A stretch of 63,768 nt of DNA, filler included. It is 7 parts of 7 records of this genome, joined end to end, with 100 filler letters (N's around TTAATTAATTAA, not from the genome) between each part and the next. Parts side by side here need not be neighbours in the genome. Positions count along the whole stretch, not along the records: positions 1 to 11,986 come from SRR20825010_6875; 6 more parts are not named here. One strand, 5' to 3'. The translations under genes and the position numbers were made by a program. Numbering within the stretch: the first letter of the stretch is position 1; each line of letters opens with the position of its first letter. The notes beneath the pieces were generated by a model. It made no database searches and was not told the origin of the DNA. It was given only the letters and a program-made list of their open reading frames with translations. This document shows positions 1 through 9,942 of this stretch, piece by piece.

Positions 1-35
1 TCAGAGGGTCCTTGGTTCGAGCCCAAGAGGAGGAG
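1..35 (+). tRNA. 3' half of a tRNA, probably tRNA-Asn (cut by window start)
   Basis: T-arm CTTGG-TTCGAGC-CCAAG followed by acceptor strand AGGAGGA and discriminator G. The anticodon is outside the window, so Asn is inferred from resemblance to flavobacterial tRNA-Asn. Confidence 0.8.
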
Positions 36-46
36 CACAGTTAGAC

Positions 47-83
47 AAAGCCATTCAAGAAATTGAGTGGCTTTCGTGTTTTT
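47..83 (+). terminator. Intrinsic terminator after the tRNA
   Basis: AAAGCCATTCAA-GAAA-TTGAGTGGCTTT hairpin followed by a T-rich tract. Confidence 0.7.
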
Positions 84-212
84 AAGACAAATTTTTCGCC
101 TTCTAGTTTAATCTTCTACACACCTAGAACTACAACGCGATATTTTATGTTTTTTTTAAGTAGGAAGAACTATTAATTCCCTTAAATTATCGATTCATTT
201 ATTATCAATTTT

Positions 213-1085
213 ATGAACGAGAATAGAATCGCCTTTTTTATAATAACTGGAGTCTTAGCATTTGTAGGAATTTTATGGTATGCTTTTGAAAATCCTGCCA
301 TTAATCCAAGATTAGATGCAGAATCTTACACCATAATCCGGAAGTGGGATATGCCTGTTGAATTAAATGAAATATCTGGAATTAGCTGGATTTCTAAAAA
401 CAAAATTGCCTGCGTTCAAGATGAAGAAGGCATTATTTTTATCTATAATTTAGACACTGAACTTGTTGAGAAAAAAATAAATTTTGGAAAATCTGGCGAT
501 TATGAAGGTCTTACTGTCCTAGATAGTACAGCATACCTAATGGAAAGTAGCGGGAAAATCTTTGAAGTTAGTAATTATTTAAGCCCAACTTTTGAAACTA
601 CACCGTACCAAACACCTTTTTCAGGTAAAAATAATATGGAATCTTTGGTTGCGGATTCACTTAACCAAAGACTTCTCTTTACAGTAAAAGACAAAGACCC
701 AAATAGTAATTCATTTAAAGGAATTTATGCTTTTAATATTGAAACCAAAACCACAAAAGCCTTACCTATTATTAAAATTTCCTTGAATGATGGCGTATTT
801 CAATCCGAAGATCAAGATGACGATGCAGACAAATCCAGTAATTTTTATCCTTCAGATCTTGGTATAAATCCTAAAAATGGGAATTATTATGTTTTGGAAG
901 CAAAAAACCCACAGTTACTTATTTTAGATAGTATTGGGAAGCCAATAAAACTACATAAACTACATAAAAAGTCTTTTTCCCAACCTGAAGGAATCACATT
1001 TGCACCAGACGGGACTATTTATATTTCCAACGAAGGAAAAAAAGGGACTGCCAATATTCTTGAGGTAGAATTTGAAGAAAAATAG
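213..1085 (+). CDS. SdiA-regulated (YjiK-like) beta-propeller protein with N-terminal membrane anchor
   Basis: Motifs LNEISGI, VQDEEG, GDYEG, QPEGITF..G.IYISNEG; hydrophobic N-terminus. Confidence 0.8.
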   Translation: MNENRIAFFIITGVLAFVGILWYAFENPAINPRLDAESYTIIRKWDMPVELNEISGISWISKNKIACVQDEEGIIFIYNLDTELVEKKINFGKSGDYEGLTVLDSTAYLMESSGKIFEVSNYLSPTFETTPYQTPFSGKNNMESLVADSLNQRLLFTVKDKDPNSNSFKGIYAFNIETKTTKALPIIKISLNDGVFQSEDQDDDADKSSNFYPSDLGINPKNGNYYVLEAKNPQLLILDSIGKPIKLHKLHKKSFSQPEGITFAPDGTIYISNEGKKGTANILEVEFEEK

Positions 1086-1103
1086 TTTTTCATGAAAAAG
1101 CTA

Positions 1104-2051
1104 CTAATATTTTTCTATTAAATTGCGAAGCATAATTTCAGTCATTTCATCTAAAGAAATTTTGCTTTCCCAACCCCAATCTTTTCGGGCTTGAGCGTCA
1201 TCTATACTTTGTGGCCAGCTATCAGCAATTTTTTGTCTGAAATCTGGTTCATAATTAATTTTAAATTGTGGAATGTGCTTTTGGATACTCGCCGACATTT
1301 CTTCAGGATTAAAACTCATTGCAGCCAAATTATATGCACTTCGAATTTTAATTTTTTCACTATCAGCTTCCATAATATTTACTGTAGCCTTAATGGCATC
1401 ATCCATAAACATCATTGGCAAAGTAGTTTCAGAGTTTAAAAAGCAGGTATATTTTTCATGTTTTATTGCTTTATGATAGATGTCAATAGCATAATCTGTG
1501 GTTCCTCCTCCTGGTAACGTTTTATAGCTTATTAAACCCGGATAACGAATACTCCGAACGTCTACACCATAGCGATTAAAGTAATATTCGCACCAACGCT
1601 CACCGGTTTGTTTGCTAATGCCATAAACCGTACTTGGCTCCATAATAGTATGTTGCGGTGTGTTTTGTTTGGGTGTAGAGGGCCCAAATACTGCAATACT
1701 GGAAGGCCAAAATATTTTTTCAATCTTTTTTTCTTTTGCTAAGTTCAAAACATGAAATAGAGAGTCCATATTAAGATTCCATCCTTTCATTGGAAATTTT
1801 TCTGCAGTGGCAGAAAGCATTGCTGCCATTAAATAAACGTCAGAAATTTCATGGCGAATTACTATTTCTTCAATTGCATTGTAGTCCATTGCATCTAAAA
1901 TTTCAAAAGGACCACTTTCCATAAGTTCATCGTCGCCTTCTCGAATATCACTTGCAATTACTTTATGGTTTCCAAATTTATCTCGAAGATACATTGTTAA
2001 CTCTGTTCCTATTTGTCCACAAGCTCCAATGATCAGTATTCGCTTTTTCAT
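1104..2051 (-). CDS. ltd: SDR-type L-threonine 3-dehydrogenase (NAD-dependent epimerase family)
   Basis: GACGQIG Rossmann motif; LSATAE; PSSIAVFG; YGISK (YxxxK); PGGGTTDY. Confidence 0.85.
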   Translation of the reverse strand: MKKRILIIGACGQIGTELTMYLRDKFGNHKVIASDIREGDDELMESGPFEILDAMDYNAIEEIVIRHEISDVYLMAAMLSATAEKFPMKGWNLNMDSLFHVLNLAKEKKIEKIFWPSSIAVFGPSTPKQNTPQHTIMEPSTVYGISKQTGERWCEYYFNRYGVDVRSIRYPGLISYKTLPGGGTTDYAIDIYHKAIKHEKYTCFLNSETTLPMMFMDDAIKATVNIMEADSEKIKIRSAYNLAAMSFNPEEMSASIQKHIPQFKINYEPDFRQKIADSWPQSIDDAQARKDWGWESKISLDEMTEIMLRNLIEKY

Positions 2052-2166
2052 GTTTTGGTTTTAAAAAATGAACTGTAAAGATACGGATAATCCCATTTTT
2101 GAGCACTTAAAATATTTATTCGCCATTTGGTTAATAACCAGTATATTTGTCATTCTTAAGTTTTTT

Positions 2167-2745
2167 ATGAAGTTTTTAATTCCTGTTTTTATCTGTATCA
2201 GCTTCGTTATTTCTTGTGGAAATTCCGAAGAGCATCAAAGTCAAACTCCTACTAACGATACTTCGATTGTTTTTGGCACTCCAGATTTTACATTTCCACA
2301 ACTTTCTGCACCTGCAAAAGAGCAAGCATTACATTGGGGTGTGTTAGAAGATTTTTTATCAACTGCAAAAACGATAAATGGGAGTACGTATCAAAACATC
2401 CGAAATGAGTCTGAACTTTTAAAAGAATACGCTGACTCTCTTTTTAAAAATATTCCTGATACGCTTAACACCAAACCTATATTTAGCAGATTATTAGTGT
2501 TAAAAACTAGAACAGAATTATTGTTTCAAGCATCACATCAATCTTATATAGACTCAACAGCTATTCAAAATTCTGTGGAAGAGCTAAATAGTGCCTTCAC
2601 TCATTTAATAATTCATTTGAATGAAAAGTTTCAAAAGGATTTTATTGATTTTCAAAGAAAAGAAGATGAAGAAAATGAATTAAAAAAACAAAAACATTTT
2701 AAAGATTCAATTTTAAATTTAGAATTACAGGATCAAAAAAAATAA
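2167..2745 (+). CDS. Hypothetical lipoprotein
   Basis: ATG at 2167 gives MKFLIPVFICISFVISC (lipobox). A TATATTTG -7 box at 2142-2149 lies inside the longer ORF, supporting the later start. Confidence 0.65.
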   Translation: MKFLIPVFICISFVISCGNSEEHQSQTPTNDTSIVFGTPDFTFPQLSAPAKEQALHWGVLEDFLSTAKTINGSTYQNIRNESELLKEYADSLFKNIPDTLNTKPIFSRLLVLKTRTELLFQASHQSYIDSTAIQNSVEELNSAFTHLIIHLNEKFQKDFIDFQRKEDEENELKKQKHFKDSILNLELQDQKK

Positions 2746-2826
2746 AAAAATGTAACAAACGCATTCAATAAGCAACTTATACCTTAATACTATACCAAAT
2801 TTTAATCACCTTAAACAAATTATAAA

Positions 2827-4893
2827 ATGAAAACTAAATTTTTAAAACCTGTGTTGGCCTTTGCATTCGTTGCAGCTGCTGTTACCGCTTGTAAAGAGAA
2901 AACGGAAGTGGCACATGCAGATAATGAACCTCATGGAATTATTTTGGAGAATATGGATACAACCGTAAGCCCAAAAGTTGATTTCTACAATTATGTGAAT
3001 GGAAATTGGATGAAAAACAATGAAATTCCAGACGATCAAACTAATTGGGGTGGTTTTACCATTTTAAGAAAAAAAACAGATGCAGATGTGCTAAACATAT
3101 TAGCGAAAGCAAAAGAAGGAGGAAAATATGCTCCAGAAACTGACCAAGCAAAAGCATTGATGATTTTTGAATCTAAATTGGATACCATAGCTCGTGATAA
3201 AGCTGGCATTGAACCAATAAAACCAATTCTTGATAAAATTGCAGCAATAAATAGTATTGCAGATTTTCAAAAATTAATGGCTGAAGAAGCTGTTGCAGTT
3301 TCACAACCATTTTTAGGGCTTGCTGCATTTTCAAACCCGAGTAACAGTGCTATGAACTCGGCTTATATTACACCAGGTGGCTTAGGACTTCCAGATCGTG
3401 ATTTTTACACAAATACAGACCCTGCTTCTGTAAAAATCCGTCAGCAGTATGTGGATCATATCACTAGAATGCTTCAATTTTTAGGAGATACTGAAGAAGC
3501 TGCTCGCGAACAAGCAACTACTATTTTAGCTTTCGAAACAAAACTTGCTACACCAAGATTAGATAAAGTTGCAAGCCGTGATTTTAGAAATTTCAACAAT
3601 CCACGTTCGGTTGCAGAACTTCAAAAAATGCTACCACAAATTAAGTGGGAACAGGTTTTTAAAGATATGGGGGTAACCAAAAAAATGGATACCGTTATCG
3701 TTATGCAACCAACTTACATGGAAACATTAAACCAAATGTTTGCTAAACCTGACTTAGAAACATGGAAAACTGTAATGCGTTGGTCTACATTAAACAATGC
3801 AACAGGTATGCTTACTACTGCTATTGATAAAGCAAACTGGGATTTTTATGAAAACACACTTAAAGGTTCAAAAAAACAAAAACCAGCTAATGAACGTGCT
3901 CTTGCAACAGTAAATGGAAGTGTAGGTGAAGCTTTGGGTAAACTTTATGTTGATGAAATGTTCCCGCCAGAAGCAAAAACAAAAGCTGAAGCAATGATAG
4001 CGAATGTAATTGCAGCATACAAAGATCGTATCAACGCATTAGATTGGATGAGTGATAGCACTAAAATAAAAGCTATTGAAAAACTAAATAAATTTACAGT
4101 AAAAGTTGGTTACCCAGACAAATGGAAAGACTATTCTTCAATGGATGTAAAACCAGGGAATACTTTTTATGACAATATGATTGCTGTTCAAACTTACAAT
4201 TTTATTGACAACCTAGCTAAAATTGATGAGCCAGTAGACCGTTCAGAATGGGGAATGAGCCCACAAACCGTAAATGCTTACTTTAACCCTTTCAATAATG
4301 AAATTGTTTTCCCTGCAGCAATTCTTCAACCCCCATTTTATGATTATAAGGCTGATGAAGCTGTAAATTACGGTGGAATGGGCGCAGTAATCGGTCACGA
4401 AATTTCGCATGCTTTTGACGATAGTGGCTCTCGTTTTGATGCTAATGGAAACCTCGTAAACTGGTGGACAGAAACAGACCTAGTAAACTTTACTGAACGC
4501 GGTAATAAACTTGCTGAGCAATACAGCAGTGTGGAGGTTTTAGACAGTGTTTTTATAAACGGAAAATTCACATTAGGTGAAAACATTGGTGACCTTGGTG
4601 GTGTTCTAGGTGCTTATGATGGTTTACAGCGTTTCTACAAAGAAAACGGAAGACCAGACAATATTGATGGATTCACACCTGAACAACGTTTCTTTATGAG
4701 CTGGGCTACCGTTTGGCGTACTAAATCTCGTGACGAGTATATTACAAACCAAGTAAAAACTGACCCACACTCTCCAGGTAAAGTTCGTGCTACACAACCT
4801 TTGGTAAATGTTGATGCTTTCTTTGAAGCTTTCGATATTAAAGAAGGAGACCCAATGTACGTTGCTCCTGAAAACAGAGTTCGTATCTGGTAA
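2827..4893 (+). CDS. pepO: M13 family (neprilysin/PepO-like) zinc metallopeptidase, lipoprotein
   Basis: Lipobox VTAC; VNAYF; HEISH zinc motif; GENIGD; C-terminal RVRIW. Confidence 0.92.
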   Translation: MKTKFLKPVLAFAFVAAAVTACKEKTEVAHADNEPHGIILENMDTTVSPKVDFYNYVNGNWMKNNEIPDDQTNWGGFTILRKKTDADVLNILAKAKEGGKYAPETDQAKALMIFESKLDTIARDKAGIEPIKPILDKIAAINSIADFQKLMAEEAVAVSQPFLGLAAFSNPSNSAMNSAYITPGGLGLPDRDFYTNTDPASVKIRQQYVDHITRMLQFLGDTEEAAREQATTILAFETKLATPRLDKVASRDFRNFNNPRSVAELQKMLPQIKWEQVFKDMGVTKKMDTVIVMQPTYMETLNQMFAKPDLETWKTVMRWSTLNNATGMLTTAIDKANWDFYENTLKGSKKQKPANERALATVNGSVGEALGKLYVDEMFPPEAKTKAEAMIANVIAAYKDRINALDWMSDSTKIKAIEKLNKFTVKVGYPDKWKDYSSMDVKPGNTFYDNMIAVQTYNFIDNLAKIDEPVDRSEWGMSPQTVNAYFNPFNNEIVFPAAILQPPFYDYKADEAVNYGGMGAVIGHEISHAFDDSGSRFDANGNLVNWWTETDLVNFTERGNKLAEQYSSVEVLDSVFINGKFTLGENIGDLGGVLGAYDGLQRFYKENGRPDNIDGFTPEQRFFMSWATVWRTKSRDEYITNQVKTDPHSPGKVRATQPLVNVDAFFEAFDIKEGDPMYVAPENRVRIW

Positions 4894-4913
4894 TTTTAAA
4901 TATTTATATTAGG

Positions 4914-4942
4914 AAAAGGAGCTGTAAAAAGCTCCTTTTTTT
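4914..4942. terminator. Bidirectional intrinsic terminator
   Basis: AAAAGGAGCT-GTAAAA-AGCTCCTTTTTTT between convergent genes. Confidence 0.8.
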
Positions 4943-5744
4943 ATATAGGATACTGAAAAGTATAATTCAAAATAGCAGTTAAGTTTTCTGAATCTACTTC
5001 TTTAAATATTTCTTCAGAAGTTGCTGCAAATGTAGGGGGCTCTAAGCCAAGCGCTATCGCTTTCTGAATATAATAATCAGCCTTTTTAGGGTGGTTTGGG
5101 TTTACGGCATTAAAAACAGTACCGAAGGCATCTTTTTTTAAAACCTCAACAAGAATCTTAATACAATCTTTTCTATCAATTATATTTACAGGCGCATTGC
5201 CATCTGCCAAATCCTTACGTCCTGCCAAATATTTTACTGGCTGACGACTCCCGCCAAGCAACCCGCCAAAACGGACTATCGTAGTTTGAAACTCATCCGA
5301 ATTACTAAAAAGTTGTTCCACGTGTCGCAACTGTTTTCCTGCAATCGTGTTTGGTTTTGGCGTATCTTTTTCGGTTACCCTTCCTTGCGCATCATCATAA
5401 ACTGAAGTGCTGCTTACCAAAACTACTTTTTTTACAGAAGCCTTCTTTATCGCTTCAAGAAAATGAGTCATTTTTAATACATAATCGGCTCCTGTATTTT
5501 TACGCAATCCCGGAGGAATCATTATAATTAAATATTCTAAATTATTAAGCAACGCATTTATTTCACCATCAATTCCAGCTTCTGAAAACTCAACACAATA
5601 TGCTTCAAAGCCATTTTTCTGTAATAAGGTTGCCTTTTCTACACTTGTAACGGAGCCTTTTACGGAATATCCTAAAGTTGCCAAATGGTAAGCCAAGGGT
5701 TGTCCTAGCCATCCAAGACCAGCAATAGCTACGGTTTTATTCAT
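4941..5744 (-). CDS. NAD(P)-binding atypical SDR/epimerase (YeeZ-like)
   Basis: GLGWLG Rossmann motif; SSTSVY; APVNIIDR. Confidence 0.8.
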   Translation of the reverse strand: MNKTVAIAGLGWLGQPLAYHLATLGYSVKGSVTSVEKATLLQKNGFEAYCVEFSEAGIDGEINALLNNLEYLIIMIPPGLRKNTGADYVLKMTHFLEAIKKASVKKVVLVSSTSVYDDAQGRVTEKDTPKPNTIAGKQLRHVEQLFSNSDEFQTTIVRFGGLLGGSRQPVKYLAGRKDLADGNAPVNIIDRKDCIKILVEVLKKDAFGTVFNAVNPNHPKKADYYIQKAIALGLEPPTFAATSEEIFKEVDSENLTAILNYTFQYPI

Positions 5745-8106
5745 TATTTAAATTTATAAAAGAATTATTTTTTAGTGAATCACCCGTTTTAATTTTTAAA
5801 CTATCTATTGAAAAAGTTCGTTTTACAGCAACGGCATCAGTAATTACAAAAGGTTTCGGCATCGTATAATTAGGGCGTTCTTCAATCTTAAATTGTGCAT
5901 CTGTCATTAAATTGAAAGCATATTCCATTACTTTAAAGGAAACAGGAATGTCTTTTTCAATTGAAAAACTCACCTTTAAGGAATCATTTCCAGAAACATA
6001 ATAATTGATAATTGCATCATTTTTAGTGCCTCGATACATTTTTCCTTTTTTATAAAGTGAAGCTTCTTGACCGTTAAACTCCAACGATTTAAACAGATAA
6101 TATTCAGTACTATACAAGTCAATTTTATTTACCTTTCGTTTTGGGATAATAATAAAGTTAACGTTCCTCAAATTCTCAATAAGGGTGTCTTTTTTTAAAA
6201 TTACATCAAAATTAGGAATGTTTTTTTTAGGAGCTTCCGCAGCATAACTATATGGAGTTCCGTATTTATTATAGGAAGCATCACTTAAAACTTCAGAAGC
6301 GTTTTTAGGAGTTTCACCTAGATAAAGCTGTGTCCATTCATCAATTTCTTTATCGTAGGTTAACCAATATGTTTTGTCTGCATCAGCGTCTTTATAATAA
6401 ACTAAGCTATTTGGTTTTTTACGTTCTTCAGAAAAATCACTTTTTGAATGCGCTTTTACAAAAAAGAAAACAGCACATATTAAACATCCTACAGAAAGGA
6501 ATTTCTTCAATTTATAAAAAGCGAAAATAGGCCAAAGCAAGCCAAAAAGTAAAACAGTAAATACACAACTTATTACCAACATTTTCAGTCCCAAACCAAC
6601 GGGGAAAAATTGAATAAGTGGCGCAAAAATAAAAATTGCTGGCGCTGCCAAAAGTGACATGGCTAGTAAATTTGGCCGTTCTTGGCGAAGCATAATCCAA
6701 AAAGATAAAAGCCCAAAAAACACTGGAATTATAAAAAATGCGGCTCCTTTTAAAACAATAAAAACAACAACATTTATTAAAATCCAAAAGAATAATGGCG
6801 CAACATACAATGAAGCTTCGCTATCTTTTTTGGTGAATTTTTTATATATCGCAAAGGTAATTGCCAACGAAATGAAGACAAAAAATGCAATATACCAATG
6901 CCCATTATAGGTAAATCCTTGTTGAATTTCAGCATATTGTGGGTATACTGCTAAAATCAATTTCCAACCAAACAAACCAACAATTCCACAAATAACAAGG
7001 GAAAGCAAAAAAGGAGCAAAACCCATAATCATTGCTTTTCGTTTAAGTTTTCGCTTATTATAACCGTAAAAAAGTAAAATTAATAAAAGAATAGTTGCAA
7101 AAATAAGCATTGGCAGAATCCATGAAAACGGATAACTTAACATTTTTACTAAAGGAAGGTTTACATATACATCGTCTGTTTCTGCTTTCAATTTTGAAAG
7201 ATCAGCATCAGCAAAATAATGGATTAGTGGAAGCAGATAACTACCTTGGTGCGCAAGGCTATTTCGGTTTAAATTTTCAAAAGTATCATTCGCGGTATGA
7301 TAGTTAAAATGACTATCAATAAAGGCAAAGAAAAAACTGTCGATATCGCCATCTGTTCTAAAAATTGTAGAATCGGTATCATTTGGAAGCATTTTATAAA
7401 CACTATACATCAGCGACGAAGCAACCGGAAAATCTGGATTTGCTTTAATAAATTCCTTTACAAGCTTGGCATTTCCGCCATTGGTTTCCAAAATCATATT
7501 GCTTGGGCCGCTGCTTCCTCGTGCCTCAAAATTGAGCACCAAACCCACATTATTTGCCCATGGATGTTCATTAACAAAAAGTTTTGCTCCGTCTAGCCCA
7601 ATTTCTTCAGCATCAGAAAATAAAATGATAATATCGTTTTTAGGTTTTTCACCTGATGCCAAATATGCACGTATACTTTCCAAAATTGTAACCAAACCAC
7701 TTCCTGCATCACTGGCTCCAAATGATGGCACAAGGGCACTGTCATAATGTGAAAGTAACAACAATGCTTTTCCCGTATCTGAACCTTTAATGCGCGCAAT
7801 AATATTTATGGGTTTATTAAGCGTTTTGGATTCTTTATTAAGACTAAACCCTTTTTGTGTTTGTGGTTCAAGACCTAATTTATTTAATTCTGCAATTAAA
7901 AAATCACGAACTTCTGTATGCCCTTCAGAGCCTAAATAATGTGGTTTTTTTGAAATTTCCTGTAGCGGTTGTAATGCTTTATCAACTGAAAATTCAGTAC
8001 TGACAACTGTTTCTCCTTCTTCATAATGCGGCATTAACCCATAAAAACTATAAAAGACCAAAGCAATAATGATAAGTAGAGATAAAAATGTGCCAATTTT
8101 TTTCAT
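5737..8106 (-). CDS. Membrane-bound M28 family metallopeptidase (ERMP1-like)
   Basis: SHYDS, GASDAGSG, DAEEIGL, NFEARG, YHTAND motifs followed by multiple TM helices. Confidence 0.9.
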   Translation of the reverse strand: MKKIGTFLSLLIIIALVFYSFYGLMPHYEEGETVVSTEFSVDKALQPLQEISKKPHYLGSEGHTEVRDFLIAELNKLGLEPQTQKGFSLNKESKTLNKPINIIARIKGSDTGKALLLLSHYDSALVPSFGASDAGSGLVTILESIRAYLASGEKPKNDIIILFSDAEEIGLDGAKLFVNEHPWANNVGLVLNFEARGSSGPSNMILETNGGNAKLVKEFIKANPDFPVASSLMYSVYKMLPNDTDSTIFRTDGDIDSFFFAFIDSHFNYHTANDTFENLNRNSLAHQGSYLLPLIHYFADADLSKLKAETDDVYVNLPLVKMLSYPFSWILPMLIFATILLLILLFYGYNKRKLKRKAMIMGFAPFLLSLVICGIVGLFGWKLILAVYPQYAEIQQGFTYNGHWYIAFFVFISLAITFAIYKKFTKKDSEASLYVAPLFFWILINVVVFIVLKGAAFFIIPVFFGLLSFWIMLRQERPNLLAMSLLAAPAIFIFAPLIQFFPVGLGLKMLVISCVFTVLLFGLLWPIFAFYKLKKFLSVGCLICAVFFFVKAHSKSDFSEERKKPNSLVYYKDADADKTYWLTYDKEIDEWTQLYLGETPKNASEVLSDASYNKYGTPYSYAAEAPKKNIPNFDVILKKDTLIENLRNVNFIIIPKRKVNKIDLYSTEYYLFKSLEFNGQEASLYKKGKMYRGTKNDAIINYYVSGNDSLKVSFSIEKDIPVSFKVMEYAFNLMTDAQFKIEERPNYTMPKPFVITDAVAVKRTFSIDSLKIKTGDSLKNNSFINLNNE

Positions 8107-8228
8107 GGATGAGAAGTTTAGAATGTTAAAAATACAATATTAATCGAAAGTATAATTTGTTCTTGAGGGAGGTATTTCAGCCATATCATAAAATTGATTA
8201 TCTTAGAAGTTCGCAAAAAACTAAAACT

Positions 8229-8690
8229 ATGGGAATTAAAAGTTTTATTGGCAGAAGGGCAAAGCCCAAAAAAGGGAATTCAGAAAAAATAAAAGTGTCT
8301 GATTATATGACGCGAAATCTTGTTACATTCCGACCAGAACAATCTATTTTGGAAGTAATGGAGATACTCCTGAAGAAACGAATTTCTGGTGGCCCAGTGG
8401 TTAATGAGAATAATGAATTAGTGGGGATTATTTCTGAAGGAGATTGTATGAAACAGCTCAGCGATTCTCGGTATCACAACCACCCAATGGAAGACATAAA
8501 AGTAGAAGAACACATGATAAAAAATGTGGATACTATTGATGGCGACATGAATGTGCTTGACGCAACCACTAAGTTTTTGGAATCTAAACACAGACGTTTT
8601 CCAATATTAGAAAATGGAAAACTAGCTGGACAAATAAGCCAAAGTGATGTGTTGCGCGCTGCAATGGAATTAAAAGGTCAAACCTGGTAA
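8229..8690 (+). CDS. CBS-domain pair protein
   Basis: Two CBS repeats (ISGGPVV..LVGIISEGD; RRFPIL..LAGQISQSD); ATG at 8229 preferred over the upstream TTG. Confidence 0.88.
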   Translation: MGIKSFIGRRAKPKKGNSEKIKVSDYMTRNLVTFRPEQSILEVMEILLKKRISGGPVVNENNELVGIISEGDCMKQLSDSRYHNHPMEDIKVEEHMIKNVDTIDGDMNVLDATTKFLESKHRRFPILENGKLAGQISQSDVLRAAMELKGQTW

Positions 8691-9272
8691 TTATTCTTTT
8701 TCGTTAAAAATAATTTCAATTCTTTTATCAGGGATCAACCACATAAAGGCAACCAAAACATATAATACAGCAGCTACCCAAGGTATAAAAAAGGCTAAAA
8801 TAATTCCTAAAATATACAATATGGGAGACGCCTTGCCTTTATAATCTTTTCCTACGGCTTTCGATAATAGGGAGTCTTTACCTTGTTCAGCTAAAATTCT
8901 ATTTTGTAAAATAAAATAGGCAATAGCTGCCATCAGAAGAACACCGCCATAAAGCGCCATTGGGAGTTCTGCAAAATTATTTTCACCCATCCATCCCGTT
9001 GCAAAAGGAATCATGGAAAGCCAAAATAATAAATGAAGATTTGCCCATAAAATGCCTCCATTCACTTTTTTAACGGTATGCATCATGTGGTGGTGGTTAT
9101 TCCAGTAAATACCTATATATATAAAACTTAATATATAACTTAAAAACACAGGCAATAAAGGCATTAATGCTTCCATATCTGTTCCGTGAGGAACTTTCAT
9201 TTCTAAAACCATTATTGTAATTATAATGGCAAGTACACCATCGCTAAAAGCTTCCAATCTGCTACTATTCAT
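8691..9272 (-). CDS. TMEM175 family (DUF1211) potassium channel
   Basis: RLEAFSDGVLAIIITIMVLE signature; YWNNHH; about 6 TM helices. Confidence 0.9.
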   Translation of the reverse strand: MNSSRLEAFSDGVLAIIITIMVLEMKVPHGTDMEALMPLLPVFLSYILSFIYIGIYWNNHHHMMHTVKKVNGGILWANLHLLFWLSMIPFATGWMGENNFAELPMALYGGVLLMAAIAYFILQNRILAEQGKDSLLSKAVGKDYKGKASPILYILGIILAFFIPWVAAVLYVLVAFMWLIPDKRIEIIFNEKE

Positions 9273-9390
9273 ATATTTAATTTTATGTGAATGATAAAAC
9301 GTTTATTTCTGACAGATTAAATTACGGAAAATTAGATAGAAATTGAAAAACATAATCTGTTGATAATTAATAATTTATGATTTAATAATC

Positions 9391-9471
9391 ATTTGAAAAC
9401 GTTTACAAACGACTATAAACGAAAGTAAACAAGTAACTACCGTATAAAAGTTTGAGGTCGCCATAAGTTTG
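9391..9471 (+). promoter_or_regulatory. ssb promoter: four 10-bp-phased AAAC repeats plus -7 box
   Basis: ATTTGAAAAC/GTTTACAAAC/GACTATAAAC/GAAAGTAAAC at 9391-9430; TAAGTTTG at 9464-9471. Confidence 0.6.
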
Positions 9472-9531
9472 CCCTGTCGGATTAAATGAAATGCGATAGT
9501 ATCAATTGTTTAACATTAAAAATTAGAAAAC

Positions 9532-9867
9532 ATGAGCACGCTTAGAAACAAAGTACAGTTGATTGGAAACTTGGGAAACGACCCAGAAATCATCACCCTA
9601 GACGGGGGTAAAAAACTAGCAAAATTCAATCTTGCTACGAACGAAACCTATAAAAACCAAAAAGGAGAAAAGGTTACAGACACACAGTGGCATAATATTA
9701 TAGCCTGGGGAAAAACAGCAGAAATAGTTGAAAGCTATGTTACAAAAGGAAAAGAAATTGCTATTGAAGGAAAGCTTACCTCAAGATCCTATGAAGATAA
9801 AGAAGGAAATAAAAAATATATTACGGAGGTTGTTTGTAATGAACTAGTCATGCTGGGGAGTAAATAA
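9532..9867 (+). CDS. ssb: Single-stranded DNA-binding protein (short form, no acidic C-terminal tail)
   Basis: NKVQLIGNLGNDPE, TQWHNI, KGKEIAIEGKL OB-fold motifs. Confidence 0.95.
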   Translation: MSTLRNKVQLIGNLGNDPEIITLDGGKKLAKFNLATNETYKNQKGEKVTDTQWHNIIAWGKTAEIVESYVTKGKEIAIEGKLTSRSYEDKEGNKKYITEVVCNELVMLGSK

Positions 9868-9882
9868 AAAAGGCTAGTAAAT

Positions 9883-9915
9883 TAGGTCCTTACTTCGGTG
9901 GGGACCTATTTTTTT
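9883..9915 (+). terminator. Intrinsic terminator with cUUCGg tetraloop, between ssb and recQ
   Basis: TAGGTCCTTAC-TTCG-GTGGGGACCTA followed by T7. Confidence 0.8.
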
Positions 9916-9942
9916 AAAGTTTGAATCGTTATTTTTACCGAA

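Noticed and set aside
8688-8693. CBS protein as a regulatory subunit of the abutting TMEM175 channel
   Set aside because: The genes are convergent, not co-transcribed; adjacency alone is not evidence.
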